Source: Octopus sinensis (lineage: Eukaryota). Taken from it: 64,000 nucleotides of DNA. A model generated the notes under the pieces. The model saw nothing but the letters and a program-made list of their open reading frames with translations. It was not told where the DNA came from and searched no databases. Shown one piece after another: positions 1 to 11,886 of this stretch. The position numbers and the translations under genes were made by a program. Numbering within the stretch: position 1 is the first letter of the stretch; every line of letters starts with the position of its first letter. Location: positions 41,416,001-41,480,000 of the forward strand of contig NC_042999.1 in assembly GCF_006345805.1 (NCBI RefSeq). Reading direction: 5' to 3'.

Positions 1-832
1 CGGCCGACGAGGTCGTCGGCAGCAGTGAACCGGTCGGCGGAGCAACAACGGCGTCGGCCAGCGAGCTACCGAAGTGTGCGCGAGAGCGTGTGGCAAACCG
101 GCGGGACGCGGAGAGACGGTTGCGTGAGAGAGGCGAAGAAGAGCACGTCGTTGTCGTCGTCATATGGGAAGCGAGAGGTGAAGCGGCGCGGTCCCGGCTG
201 CGTGAGCAAAGGAGTGTAGGCGCACGGCAGCAACGACGGCTAGGCTCAGGCGAGGTAGAAACCGAGCGTTCGATGATTAGAGGGCGAACGAACGGAACGG
301 CGGCAGCGGCTGCCGACGGGCGAGCGAGCGAAGCTGCCGAGGCGCAAGGCGTAGGACGATGGCGACAGCAAACGCGAGGGCGCTCACGGCAGAGCGGGAG
401 GGGCGGGGCGGCGGCGGCGGAAAGCCGGGGACACGCCGGCCGTGTAGGGTCAATCACGCGGCTATCGCATCTGTTAATCTTCATTTTTCTTTCAATCTAT
501 CTTGGGAAATATTATCATTTTTAGGGGGTTATTTTTTTCGTTTCTTCGTTTTTTTTTGGATCTTTTCTAATATGAAGCCAGGACCACAGATCTTTCTACT
601 TAACTAAATAATCTGAAACTTCGTATGCTGATAGAGTCTAGCAAAACAAGACACAGGTTGGAACTAGTTTATTTGAGAAAAATCTATTTTATGACTTTAA
701 TCGTAGATTAAAACTGCGAATTTTAACCAATCAGATTGTTTGTTTTCATGCGTAAAACTTGACTGCATTCTATTAGTGTGACGTAGAAAGCGCTTTTGTG
801 ACGTACTAACGTTCGGAAAACTGTAAACAAAC

Positions 833-890
833 ACGGCAGACGAAATACGGCTACGCATTTCGCCCGGCGTGCTAACGTTTCTGCCAGCTC
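833..890 (-). mobile_element. Isolated 58-bp 5' head fragment of the OR2-like octopus SINE
   Basis: acggcagacgaaatacggctacgcatttcgcccggcgtgctaacgtttctgccagctc is nearly identical to the matching part of the full SINE at 24234-24468; the flanks are unrelated to the SINE. Confidence 0.75.
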
Positions 891-1032
891 TTTGCTTTTT
901 TAATATTAAATTTCGGCGAAGTTTCGCTTGTCGTAGCACAAGTTTTCCGTCGATTTCCGTAAAAAACTTTTATTTTTTTACGTAAGTAATGAGAGCGAAA
1001 GAGACTAAGAGGAAGCGATTTTATGACGAGGG

Positions 1033-1566
1033 AAGTTTGTCTTTGAAGTTACCGTCTAGGGGAAGCATTGATGTACATGTGTGTGTGTGTGTGTGTTTGA
1101 TGGGGTGTGGGAGACAGTATGTTGTGTAAGTGAAGTGCTTCTGTTAGTGTGTGTGAAGAGACAGAGAGAGTAATGTGTGAAAGAGAGAGATAACTGAAAT
1201 TTTTTACTCGGTGTATGTGTATATGTATGTCTGCATGTATGTGTGTGTGTGTATGTATCTATGTATGTATGGCCGATTCATCGTAATTACGATGAATCGG
1301 CCATACATACATACACACACATACATATACACACACACATACTTACACATACATACACACACACATACATGCAGACATACATATACACATACACCGAGTA
1401 AAAAATGTCAGTTATCTCTCTCTTTCACACATTACTCTCTCTGTCTCTTCACACACACTAACAGAAGCACTTCACTTACACAACATACTGTCTCCCACAC
1501 CCCATCAAACACACACACACATGTACATCAATGCTTCTCCTAGACGGTAACTTCAAAGACAAACTT
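1033..1566. repeat. Long inverted repeat (foldback) with no loop
   Basis: Left arm starts aagtttgtctttgaagttaccgtctag, right arm ends ctagacggtaacttcaaagacaaactt. Centre catcgtaa|ttacgatg at 1286/1287. Arms differ in microsatellite length and a few substitutions. Confidence 0.95.
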
Positions 1567-3142
1567 TTGTTATTAGAAGGTGGCTGACTATAGCTTGTTT
1601 ACATTTAAGATGTCTAATACGTCACGAAATTGGCGGTCGAGACGGAGTAAATAAAATAAAGCCGAATGACGGAATATCATTGGTTAAAATTCTAATTATT
1701 AAACAACGTTAAACTTAGAAGTTACAATTCCGTTTTCATTCTGGTTTACAATTAAGTTTACTTTTGACACATTCTACCAGTATACGAAGTTTCAAATTGT
1801 TTGGTTCAGTAGGAAAAATTTGAAAAAACTGGCTTCAGAATAGAAAAGATCCTTTTTTTTTTCTTTTAAGATAGTAGATTGAGTGATTTAACAGATATCT
1901 ATTTCGTCCTTTCGAGCAACTGCATAGAGCTTCTCACGCTGGATCGTAGTAATGATCTTGTATCTGACCGAGAATGTTCGCGACATTTACAGAGGTTCGC
2001 GACTGTTGTGGTAACGTGTGTGCGACAAGCAGCAATCATCGCTGAAACAATAACGTTCATGACCACAACATCTAGAACAGCCACTGTGACCGTGGCGGTA
2101 CGTGAATAATGGTATTAGGAGAAATTCTATAAGTATGAAGTGATCGTGTCCTGCTTATGAACCGAACTAATTAATGACTTGTGTCATTAAAGGTTAGTAA
2201 TGATAGCTGTACGCTGATGACGAAATAGTGGTAACATTAGTAGATGTGGTTGTGCTGGTGGTGGCTCGTCTGATTATGAAGACAGCTGGTTGGTTATTGA
2301 GCCTAAATAACCCCCCCATAGGATATTTGATAGTTGTTGAATTGACAGTGTGGTTGATGGCGTTGGTTCATGTGCAAGTGTTTGAAGTGTGTCGTTGAAA
2401 GTTACTGTGGCGTTTGATTGTCAAAGATACTAAGATATCGTAGTATTAGTATTAGATTGAATCGGGATTGAATTGGATGCGACGGGATGGAGTGTGGATG
2501 AGATTTAGATGTAATTACAAAGTAACAATTGTTTGTACTGATACTGAGATTGTTGTCACAGAGGCTTGGTTGTTGTTCAGGGAGGGTTTGGTCGTTGTTC
2601 GGGGAGCGTTTGGTCGTTGTTCAGGCGGGTTTGGTCGTTGTACGAGAGGGTTTAAGTCGTGGTGGATATAGTACTGATGTTAGCGTTGTTGACGTTATTA
2701 TGGACGTGTTCTGGAAGGTGCTAGCTACTTCTACCGATGTTTCTACTTGCCGCTAGTGCTGATGGCAATTGTGATATATGTCATGTGTAGAGAGAGAAGT
2801 ATATATCTCTCCGTCATCGTCATCATTGCTACCGTCTCTATACCATCACCACATCGGTACATCGCTACCGCCTCCAACATCCCCGACCACTACCAGCGAC
2901 ATCACGCCTCAACATTCCACACCACTACAAACCACTGGCACTCCCAGTTCCATCAGCCGTTACTATTTGTCATTAACACTTCAATAAGTTGATTTCCTAG
3001 GCTAATTGCCAAATACTGCGACCGATGCAACCGACGAGTGGACAGTAGCCAACTTGTCAATGCCAGATGACAGTTCTGGGCGAATCTCCAGCGGCTGAAA
3101 GTGTCTGGTGGATTGCCTTTGTGTTATTGCTATGCGCGTGCG

Positions 3143-3175
<33 letters not shown>

Positions 3176-3329
3176 CCATATGTGTTTGTGTGTATGTGTC
3201 TATATGTGTCTGTATAACTGATCCTCAATCTCTTTCGCTCACTTTCTCACTCACGTTTTCATTTTCACTTTCCCTAGTCTCCCGCTTCTCCCTCGCTCTC
3301 TCTCTCCGTCCCTCCCTCTTTCGGTCTCT

Positions 3330-3570
3330 CTCTCTCCCTCTCTCTCTCTCTCTCCCTCTCTCTCTCTCTCAGTCACTATCTTTCTATCATCTATCTGTCT
3401 GTCTGTCTCTCTATCTACCTATCTATCAGTCAATATGCTCCTCCCTACCATTTCCTCTTCCAAAATTTCTCTCTCTCTCTCTTTATCTATATATCTATCT
3501 ATCTATCTCTATCTATCTATCTATTTCTATCTATCTATCTATCTCTATCTATCTATCAATCTATGTTTAT

Positions 3571-3651
<81 letters not shown>

Positions 3652-3652
3652 C
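3330..3652. repeat. (CT)n and (ATCT)n microsatellites
   Basis: Direct reading. Confidence 0.95.
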
Positions 3653-4319
3653 TTTTATTCCCCCTCTCTAAATCTTACAGTATCAGTTGTTCTCTGCTCC
3701 TGCCCCTGTTCCTCTTTCCAAGAGTTCAGTGAATGTGTCGAATTATTGTTCTATTAGTATGTAGTATATGACACTATGCATACATAGAAAGGCAACACCG
3801 AGCGTAACGTATGCCTGTTAAATGCATTCGTTTGTATGTCTATGTGTATATGCAGGCTTATGTTCGTGTGTGTATTCGTGCGCACAAGTGCATGCGTGTG
3901 CTTGTCTACTATATGTGATTCGTGTATCTATATCGTTAGTTTGTTTCTGTCTTCTTTAAACTGTGTACAATATTCTATCACACACATACACACACACACA
4001 CACACCGTAAGAAATGAACTTAATAACAGCATAAAGGTAGATATAGAGCGCACACGCGTGAGAGAGAGAGAGAGAGAGACGTTTGTGTTCAGTGTGAGTG
4101 TATTTGTTCAAGTGTGTGTAATGTGTGTGCGTGTGTGCGTGCGCACGTGGTGTGTGTGTGTGTGTGTGTGTGTATGTTGTGTGCCTGTGTGTGTGTGTTT
4201 GCGTGTGCGTGTGTATGTGTGTGTGTGTGAAATGAAGGAAGGTTAAGAAAGCGTATAAGAAAACAAGGAACATAAGAAAGCTACGTTGAAGAAAGTTGCA
4301 TCACAATTAACATCCGCTT

Positions 4320-4331
4320 AGCAGCAGCAGC

Positions 4332-4364
<33 letters not shown>

Positions 4365-4900
4365 GGTGGTGGTGGTAGTAGTAGTAGTAGTTTTAGTAGT
4401 AGTGGTAGAAGCAGTAGTAGTTTTAGTAGTAGTAGTAGAAGTAGTAGTAGTTTTAGTAGTAGTGGTAGAAGTAGTAGTAGTTTTAGTAGTAGTAGTAGCA
4501 GCAGGAGTAGTAGTAGTAGTAGTAGCAGCAGCAGGAATAGTAATAGTAGTAGTAACAGCAGCAGCAGGAATAGTAATAGTAGTAGTAACAGCAGCAACAG
4601 GAATAGTAATAGTAGTAGTAGCAGCAGCAGCAGTAGTAGTAGTGGGACGAGGAGGAACTCGTTGCAGTAAGTTAGTTATTTTGTGTTGTTGTTGTTGTTG
4701 TTGTTGTAGCAGCAGCTGATGCAGGAACAGCAGCAGCAGCGGCAGCGGTAGCAGCAGTTTATGTGAGTGTAGAGTGAAGGTGCTGGGAATTATGCTGTGT
4801 GATAAACATAACAGCAGAAGTAGTATCAGATGATCTAGTTGTATTGGTACCTCTTCGCCGTCATGGTCTTGGGTTGTCATCGTCTTCGTCGACGCCATTC

Positions 4901-4939
<39 letters not shown>

Positions 4940-5894
4940 GTTAACGTCATCATCACCATCTTCATTATCGTCTTTGTAAAATAGTTCACACCGCCACCAA
5001 CTCCATCACCTCCGCCGTCGTCATCATCATAATTGTCGTCGTCATCATCATCATCGTCGTTGTCATCATCATCGTCGTCATCATCATCCTCATCGTCGTT
5101 GTCGTCGTCGTCATCATCATCATCATCATCATCATCATCGTCATCTAGGAAGAAGATTTTACGCATTGTGTGATAAACGTAATAGTAAATATTACGATAT
5201 CAGACGGTCCATTTGTGCTTGGTACATCGTGGTCGTTGTAAAGATCATCATCATCATCATCATCATCATCATTATATTCATCATCATTATCGTAATCATC
5301 ATCATCAGCAGCAGCAGCATGATCATGTCCAATATCATCATCATCATCATTATCATCATCACCATCAACATAATCATCGTCATCACCGTCATCATCACCA
5401 TCAAGATCATCATCACCATCATCATCATCCTCATCATAATCATCATAAACTTTATAATTCCTGTTCACCATTTGGATGAGAAGGCATCATCATCATCAAA
5501 TGCATGAGCACCATCACTATAACCAATCAGCACGAACGTCATCGTTATCATCACCGCCGCCACCACCACCGACACCATCATCATCATCATCATCACCCTC
5601 ATCATCACCACCACCAACATAATCATCATCTCTATCATCATTATCATCACCATCATCATTTCCACCACCACCATCATCATCACCGTCATCATCGCCGTCA
5701 TCATTTCTACCACCACCATCATTATCATCATCATCATCTTCTTCATTTCCACTACCACCACCACCACTACCACCACCACCACTACAACAACCACTACCAC
5801 CACCACCACCACCACCACCATCATCATCACCATCATCATCACCGCCGTCATTTCTACCACCACCACCACCACTATCATCACTGTCATCATATTT

Positions 5895-5927
<33 letters not shown>

Positions 5928-6450
5928 CCATCATCCTCATCATCATCATCATCCCGTATTAAGAAATTACGCCTGACCGAAACGTTGGGACAAATATGAT
6001 CCGTCATACAGAAAGTAAGACGGCTTGGTCAACATCGTAAATGTCGTAATTATCATAATCTTCGCTATTTTCAACGCAATTAACATAATCGCCATCTTGG
6101 TTATCACCGTCATCGCCGTTGTTGCCAGAATCCACTTAATTATCATAATCGTCTTGATAAGTGTTACTGTATTATTCATAAGTACTAATAACTTGAAACA
6201 AGTAGCATGCATCTAGCTGCAGCAGCAGCAGCAGTTGAAGCAGAAGCAGCAGCAGCAGCAGCAGTAGTAGTAATAGTAGTAGTAGTAGTAGTAGTAACAG
6301 CAGCAACAGTAGCGTTAGTAGTAGTAGTAGTAACAGCAGCAGTAGTAGTAGTAGTAGTGGTGGTGGTGGTGGTGTGGTAGTAGTGGTGGTGATGTTAGTA
6401 GTAGTAGTAGTAACAGCAGCAGCAGAAGTGTTAGTAGTAGTAGAAATAGC

Positions 6451-6487
<37 letters not shown>

Positions 6488-6643
6488 ACGGCAGCAGCAG
6501 TAGTGCTAGTAGTAGTAGTAGTAATAGTAGCAGTGGTGGTGTTAGTAATAGTAGTATCAACAGCAGCAGTAGTAGTAGTAGTAGTAGGGTGATATGGATG
6601 GCAGTGTGGTTTGTTGTTGTTGTGGTGGTGGTAATAGTAATAT

Positions 6644-6697
<54 letters not shown>

Positions 6698-6741
6698 GGT
6701 GGTAGAGATGGCGGTGTGGTTTCTTGTTGTTGTCGCTGTTG

Positions 6742-6773
<32 letters not shown>

Positions 6774-7230
6774 GGTGGTGGTAGCAGCAGCCTTGATATT
6801 TTACAGGCAAAACTGAATGGAAGTGTTGGAAAGATGATTGCTATCATAAATGACAATCAAGATCATCAGATCCTGCATCCGGTTTTATAGCCTCTGATAT
6901 TCATCAGTGTCATGATCACCATCAACGTCCCTACCTTAATCTTAATCATCACCAGTAGGATCTTCTTCATTAACATATTTACCATCAACAACGTCGAAGT
7001 CATTATCATCATTATCATTAGCTGCACAGGCATCACTATGGTCAACATTATACTCATCACCAGCATCATTATCATCTGTCCCAAGGTTATTTTCATCTTT
7101 ACCTTAATCACCATTATATTACAATCGCTTCTCTTCTTCATCAACATCATCAAGCAAACTTCCTCATCGTCCTTATAAATAACAAGTATTTTCATTAACA
7201 TCACCATCCTCATGGTTATCGCCTCCATTT
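4320..7230. repeat. Mosaic of trinucleotide low-complexity tracts (TAG/CAG/TGG, then CAT/CAC, then TAG again), including a 30-bp higher-order unit gtagtagtagttttagtagtagtggtagaa at about 4381-4490
   Basis: Direct reading; source of the poly-T/D/H/V ORFs in the track. Confidence 0.9.
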
Positions 7231-7299
7231 GAAATATCTACGATAAGAACAGTATTTAGAGCTGGAGTAAACTGCTGCTTTCTCTATCGGATAAGTATC

Positions 7300-7348
7300 C
7301 ACCACCGAGGATGACTACAAAGAGGTCGAAACCATACGGTCTGGTGGT
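7300..7348 (+). ncRNA. Minimal type I hammerhead ribozyme motif (Penelope-type) with a U4->C core substitution
   Basis: Stem I ccacca(7300-05)/tggtgg(7343-48); core cCgagga (canonical CUGANGA); extra U; stem II gac/gtc; GAAA at 7329-32; stem III Acc-atac-ggU; GUC cleavage triplet ending at 7342. Confidence 0.6.
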
Positions 7349-7513
7349 TCGTGACTGGAAGATTGTAGTAGTTCGTTCTCCTGCCGGCAATATATATCGG
7401 GTGCATATTGCATCGAATAACCAGATGGAGGAGGAGTTCGCCTGGGGTTAAAATTGCAGTAACGTCGGTTCTTACGGAGCAGCCATGTGTAAGTGGCGAT
7501 AGACAATAATAAT

Positions 7514-7663
7514 ATTCCTTTCTACTGTAGGCAAAATGCCTGAAATTTTGATGGAGGCGACGATAGGGGATTACATCAACCCCAGTGCTTCACTGGTACT
7601 TATTTTATCGACCATTAATGGACGAAAGGCAAAGTTGAGCCCAGCGGAATTTGAACTCACAGC
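7514..7663 (-). mobile_element. OR2-related SINE, 3' part, diverged
   Basis: ccccagtg...ctggtacttattttatcgac...gaaaggcaaagtt...gcggaatttgaactc matches the SINE core seen in other copies. Confidence 0.7.
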
Positions 7664-8389
7664 GGTTTAATTTTGAATAGCCGCGAGAGCCTATATTCTA
7701 TGCGAAGTGGTAACTGGTCAGACTGTGTCGATCCCGTGTCTAATATTCTCGCAAATTGCCACCTAGAGTGATTGCTGAATATATACACTACAATAATAAT
7801 GTCTGTCAATGGAGTAGAATCATTAAGTATGAGCTCTAGATCGCTTCTGTAATTTAATACTGACTCGGTAAACTACACTGAATTTCTTTTCAGCTGGACA
7901 GCTTTTTGTAACACAAGTGAATGATTTATTCAATTTTTCCTATATCAGAGGCGCCAAAATGTTGGTCTAACCTGTTCGCGAGTACACTAGATTAGCGTAA
8001 CTACTCTATTTAGTTGTATTGCTAGTTATGATATACAGAGGAAACGTGGGAGAAATTACGATAAATACAAGGATATATCGTTTGTTCATACGTACGTTTC
8101 AGCATTGTTGTTGCTTGGATTATAAAAGCAGAGATTCAAAGACTTCAGCTCACTTGTAACATAATGCAATAAAGTCTTCCGTCTTCATTGAGGATACGTT
8201 GTGGCTAAGCGCTCTGTTGCACCTGAAACGACCAAAGCAAGTTTCCAGACAGCCTCAATGAGGAAACGTACGTAAGAGCAAATGATACAAACTTGTGTTC
8301 ATCGTATTTTCACATATCTATCTGGCTAGTTATATATGTATACTATTTCTGTCCATACATGTGTATATGAATGTGTATATATTAATTTA

Positions 8390-8396
8390 AATTATG

Positions 8397-8435
<39 letters not shown>

Positions 8436-8437
8436 GT

Positions 8438-8468
<31 letters not shown>

Positions 8469-8548
8469 GTAATATATAGGTATATATATATGTATATAAT
8501 ATATATATTATATATATGTATATATATGTATATATATATGTATATTAT

Positions 8549-8602
<54 letters not shown>

Positions 8603-8786
8603 TATATATGTATATGTATATATATGTATATGTATATATATATAGGTATATATATATGTATGTATATGTATATATATATATATGTATATATATGTATATA
8701 TGTATATATATATATGTATATATATAGGTATATATATATATGTATATATATAGGTATATATATATATGTATATGTATATATATAGG

Positions 8787-8850
<64 letters not shown>
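8390..8850. repeat. Degenerate (TA)n tract
   Basis: Direct reading. Confidence 0.95.
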
Positions 8851-9126
8851 GTGTGTGCGTGTTTATGTCCGTATACGTGTATGTTTCATCTTGCATATAA
8901 GTGAACAAACGTTGCGATGCATAATTGTTCCTCCATTATATAGAATTCTGCGTGTCACTCTTCTTTTTTCGTTTCTTTTTTGTGGAGAGCGTATGTATCA
9001 GTATTTCTATATATACCTATCACTCACCTTCTCTCTTTCTCTCTCTGTTTGTCTCTCCCTCCCTATATATTTATACCTGTATCTATAAATTTCTCTTTCA
9101 GTATATCTATCTATGTATCTTTCAAT

Positions 9127-9208
<82 letters not shown>

Positions 9209-9597
9209 AACAAGTTGTGATGGGCGAATTGTCGCCATTTTTATATTTAATTTCGCGCGTTCGAACTGTTTGGTTTTGATTTTGTCGACTACACAGTATA
9301 GTAGGGTCAGCTGGGCACGGTCTGTAAGAAAAACAGCACCATGTCACAGTTCAATCTGCCGAAAATTTGGAAACTACATGTTGTGTTGCTTGGCATTCGA
9401 TACAGAGAGAAAGAGAGATAACGTGAGAGTTAGATGCATTGTCATATTCGTATTCATTGTATTCTTGCTATATATATATATATATATATATATGTACATA
9501 CATGTCTGTGTGTGTACGTATACATACATTCATACCTATGGTTCCCTGTATATATGCTCCATACGTTTCTTATCATAAGAAGTTGCATTTGTATGTA

Positions 9598-9649
<52 letters not shown>

Positions 9650-10866
9650 CATATTATTATTGGGTTTATGCGAACAAAAGTAGTTTTTTCCGTATCCTCA
9701 TGCCTGGGTGAACGATGTATGAGCAGTGTAAACGCGCATACTATTCAGACAAGTAATGCCTCTTCTATGTATTGTGTTTGTGTTTGCATGTGTCGAAGAA
9801 TACATGTTGTGATTATGTGCGTGTGTTTGTGTGTGTTGTGTGTCTCTTTATGAATGTGTCTAATTCTGCACTTATAAAAAACTACATCCATTTCGAGAAT
9901 AACAATCGGATTTCTAAAAATGGAAAAAATATTGTTTAATATTTTCGTGCAGACCTGCAATTTCCTGTCTTGCTTTTTAATGCAGTTTGACATTATATAA
10001 CATTATTGCCGCTCGCCTGTTGATATTTACAAGTTGCATGACTAGAAACAATTTTCTTTGTATTTATTCACCCTGTGAAACGTATATAACGAATGCACAC
10101 AATTTTCCACAGACAAACACGATTGCTCATACGGCAACGAAATTTGTTTTATTTCCTAGTATGTTATAAATTAATTGATCGATGGATTAATTAACTAATT
10201 AATTAAATTTAATTTAACTGAAGTCTGGAAACATATTTTCGATGACTTCAGATCGGAGATTAGGGATAATTTTCAAAACTATGGTAATGTTAGGCAGGGA
10301 ATACTATTTTTCCTTTGTATTTTTGTCGTTGTTTTTTTTTTGGTGGGGGGTGTTTTTCTTTCTTTTTTTTCTTTTTGTAAAAAACTATGTAGGCTTCTCC
10401 GCACAGGAAGTAGGTCTTTTCGCAGAAGAGAGGAGGAAGAATGAAAATTTCATGCTTTTATAGAATGTCTGTTCCAAATACGCCATTTCCAAATATATCC
10501 GTTCCCTGAAGTCGGGCGACTGCACGCGGACAGTGGACGATTCTGTTGTCAGATGAAATAAGACTTCAAGATTACGAAACGATGAGTGGCCGAGGGCAAA
10601 ACATCTCCCGTGCATGTATTGTTACTGACTAGCTCAAGGTTAGTGTTAATTTACCAGACGTATGATCATTGGGGTTTCACCTTTTACTATTCTGAGAGAT
10701 TTTTATCAGGATGAGCGTCCGCGTAAAGCGATTTATGAAATGTGATTAACATAGCAGTAACAGAGCAACATTACTGTTATGGTTATCAGACATCTTTGAG
10801 TGATAAACATAACAATAGTAATGTGAATGTATCGTGCAAATCGTAGGATAGTTAGGTCAGTTAGTA

Positions 10867-11415
10867 TTGGGTTGTCCGAAAAGTTCGTGCCGATATTTAA
10901 AGGAAAGAAAAAGGTCAATAATTACTTACCATTACATTTTTAGTCAACCAAATATGAAACATTTTGTTGCACAATGCATCTCGAAAATACCCTCTTACCA
11001 GAAGTGAGGTGGTTTCATGGCAAAGAATTCATCAAGGTATCTTTTCACGTCATCCAAGGAATTGAAATTTTTACCATGAAGACTATTCTGTAGATACCTG
11101 AATAAGTGGAAATCCGAAGGAGCAATATCTGGTGAATATGGAGGGTGGGGTAACAAATCCCAGCTGAGCTGCAGCAATTTTTGTTTGGTTCCCAAAGCAT
11201 CAAGTGCCGAAAAGGAACTTTCTTATCTTCCATTTTAAAGAGTTACAGAATTAACACTGGTTATAGGAACATAAACATTCTTCCACGAAAAGATAGCTTA
11301 AACTGCGCTCTAAATGGAGGTGTAGTCAAATTCTATTTTATGAACTCAACCAATTTCTAAAATAAGTCGAAAGTTAAGCTACTAGAAATCGACACGAACT
11401 TTCCGGACAACCCAA
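10867..11415 (-). mobile_element. Internally deleted mariner (Tc1/mariner) transposon, 549 bp
   Basis: TIRs ttgggttgtccgaaaagttcgtgccgat (left) and the reverse complement ttgggttgtccggaaagttcgtgtcgat (right); TA on both sides (10865-66, 11416-17); minus-strand C-terminal transposase LLPHPPYSPDIAPSDFHLFRYLQNSLHGKNF (YSPDLAPSD motif). Confidence 0.93.
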
Positions 11416-11886
11416 TAGATATGAGGATGGTCGTAGTTTTAGTGTATTGGTGTAAGATACTGATGCATTTTGAGAAGCTGTAAAATTGATTTCAAATTGT
11501 GGCTAAAAACCAGCAATATGAGGAGGGGTGAGTCGATAACACCAGTGCTGAGCTGGTACTCATTTTATAGATGTCGAAAGGTATATATGTTCGTGTATAA
11601 ATATATGTGTATATATGTGTATATATGTGTGTATGTGTGTGCATGTATATATGCGTGTGTTGGTGTAGGCTTGTGTATAGATTAGGTATGTAATTGTTAG
11701 TGTTATGAAATATATCTTTGGAAATATCATGTCTTTCAAGTTGATAGTTGTAAAGATTGAAGTTTTTAACTTCGAGTTTAGTTTTGTATAAACCATATTC
11801 AAATTGAGAATACATCACTGCCAATAATAGTAATATTTTTGGGAGAGGGGACTAGTTGATTTCATTGGTACTTATTCTTATTTCTT

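Noticed and set aside
2070-2110. Both strands encode SRTATVTVAV
   Set aside because: Consequence of a short imperfect palindrome (gccac...gtggc); no evidence of function
4281-6890. Long poly-Thr/His/Asp/Val/Leu ORFs as structural or biomineral proteins
   Set aside because: They are pure trinucleotide-slippage tracts open in several frames on both strands, with no signal peptide, splice sites or GHG-type motifs
7681-7770. Peptides resembling an Ig strand (VVTGQTVSIPC) after a possible acceptor
   Set aside because: Stops within about 30 codons and no convincing donor
8175-8270. Hammerhead-like pieces (ttgagga...gaaac) here, at about 5975-5990 and at 31424 (minus strand)
   Set aside because: Core or stem II missing; stems do not close
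8387-8908. YI/IY-repeat ORFs here and at 16.5-18.7, 22.7-23.3, 29.0-29.5, 37.3-37.7, 46.3-47.4 and 50.2-50.6 kb
   Set aside because: Translations of (TA)n/(TG)n microsatellites
10385-10615. Protein-like 76-aa minus-strand ORF
   Set aside because: No recognisable motif or splice context
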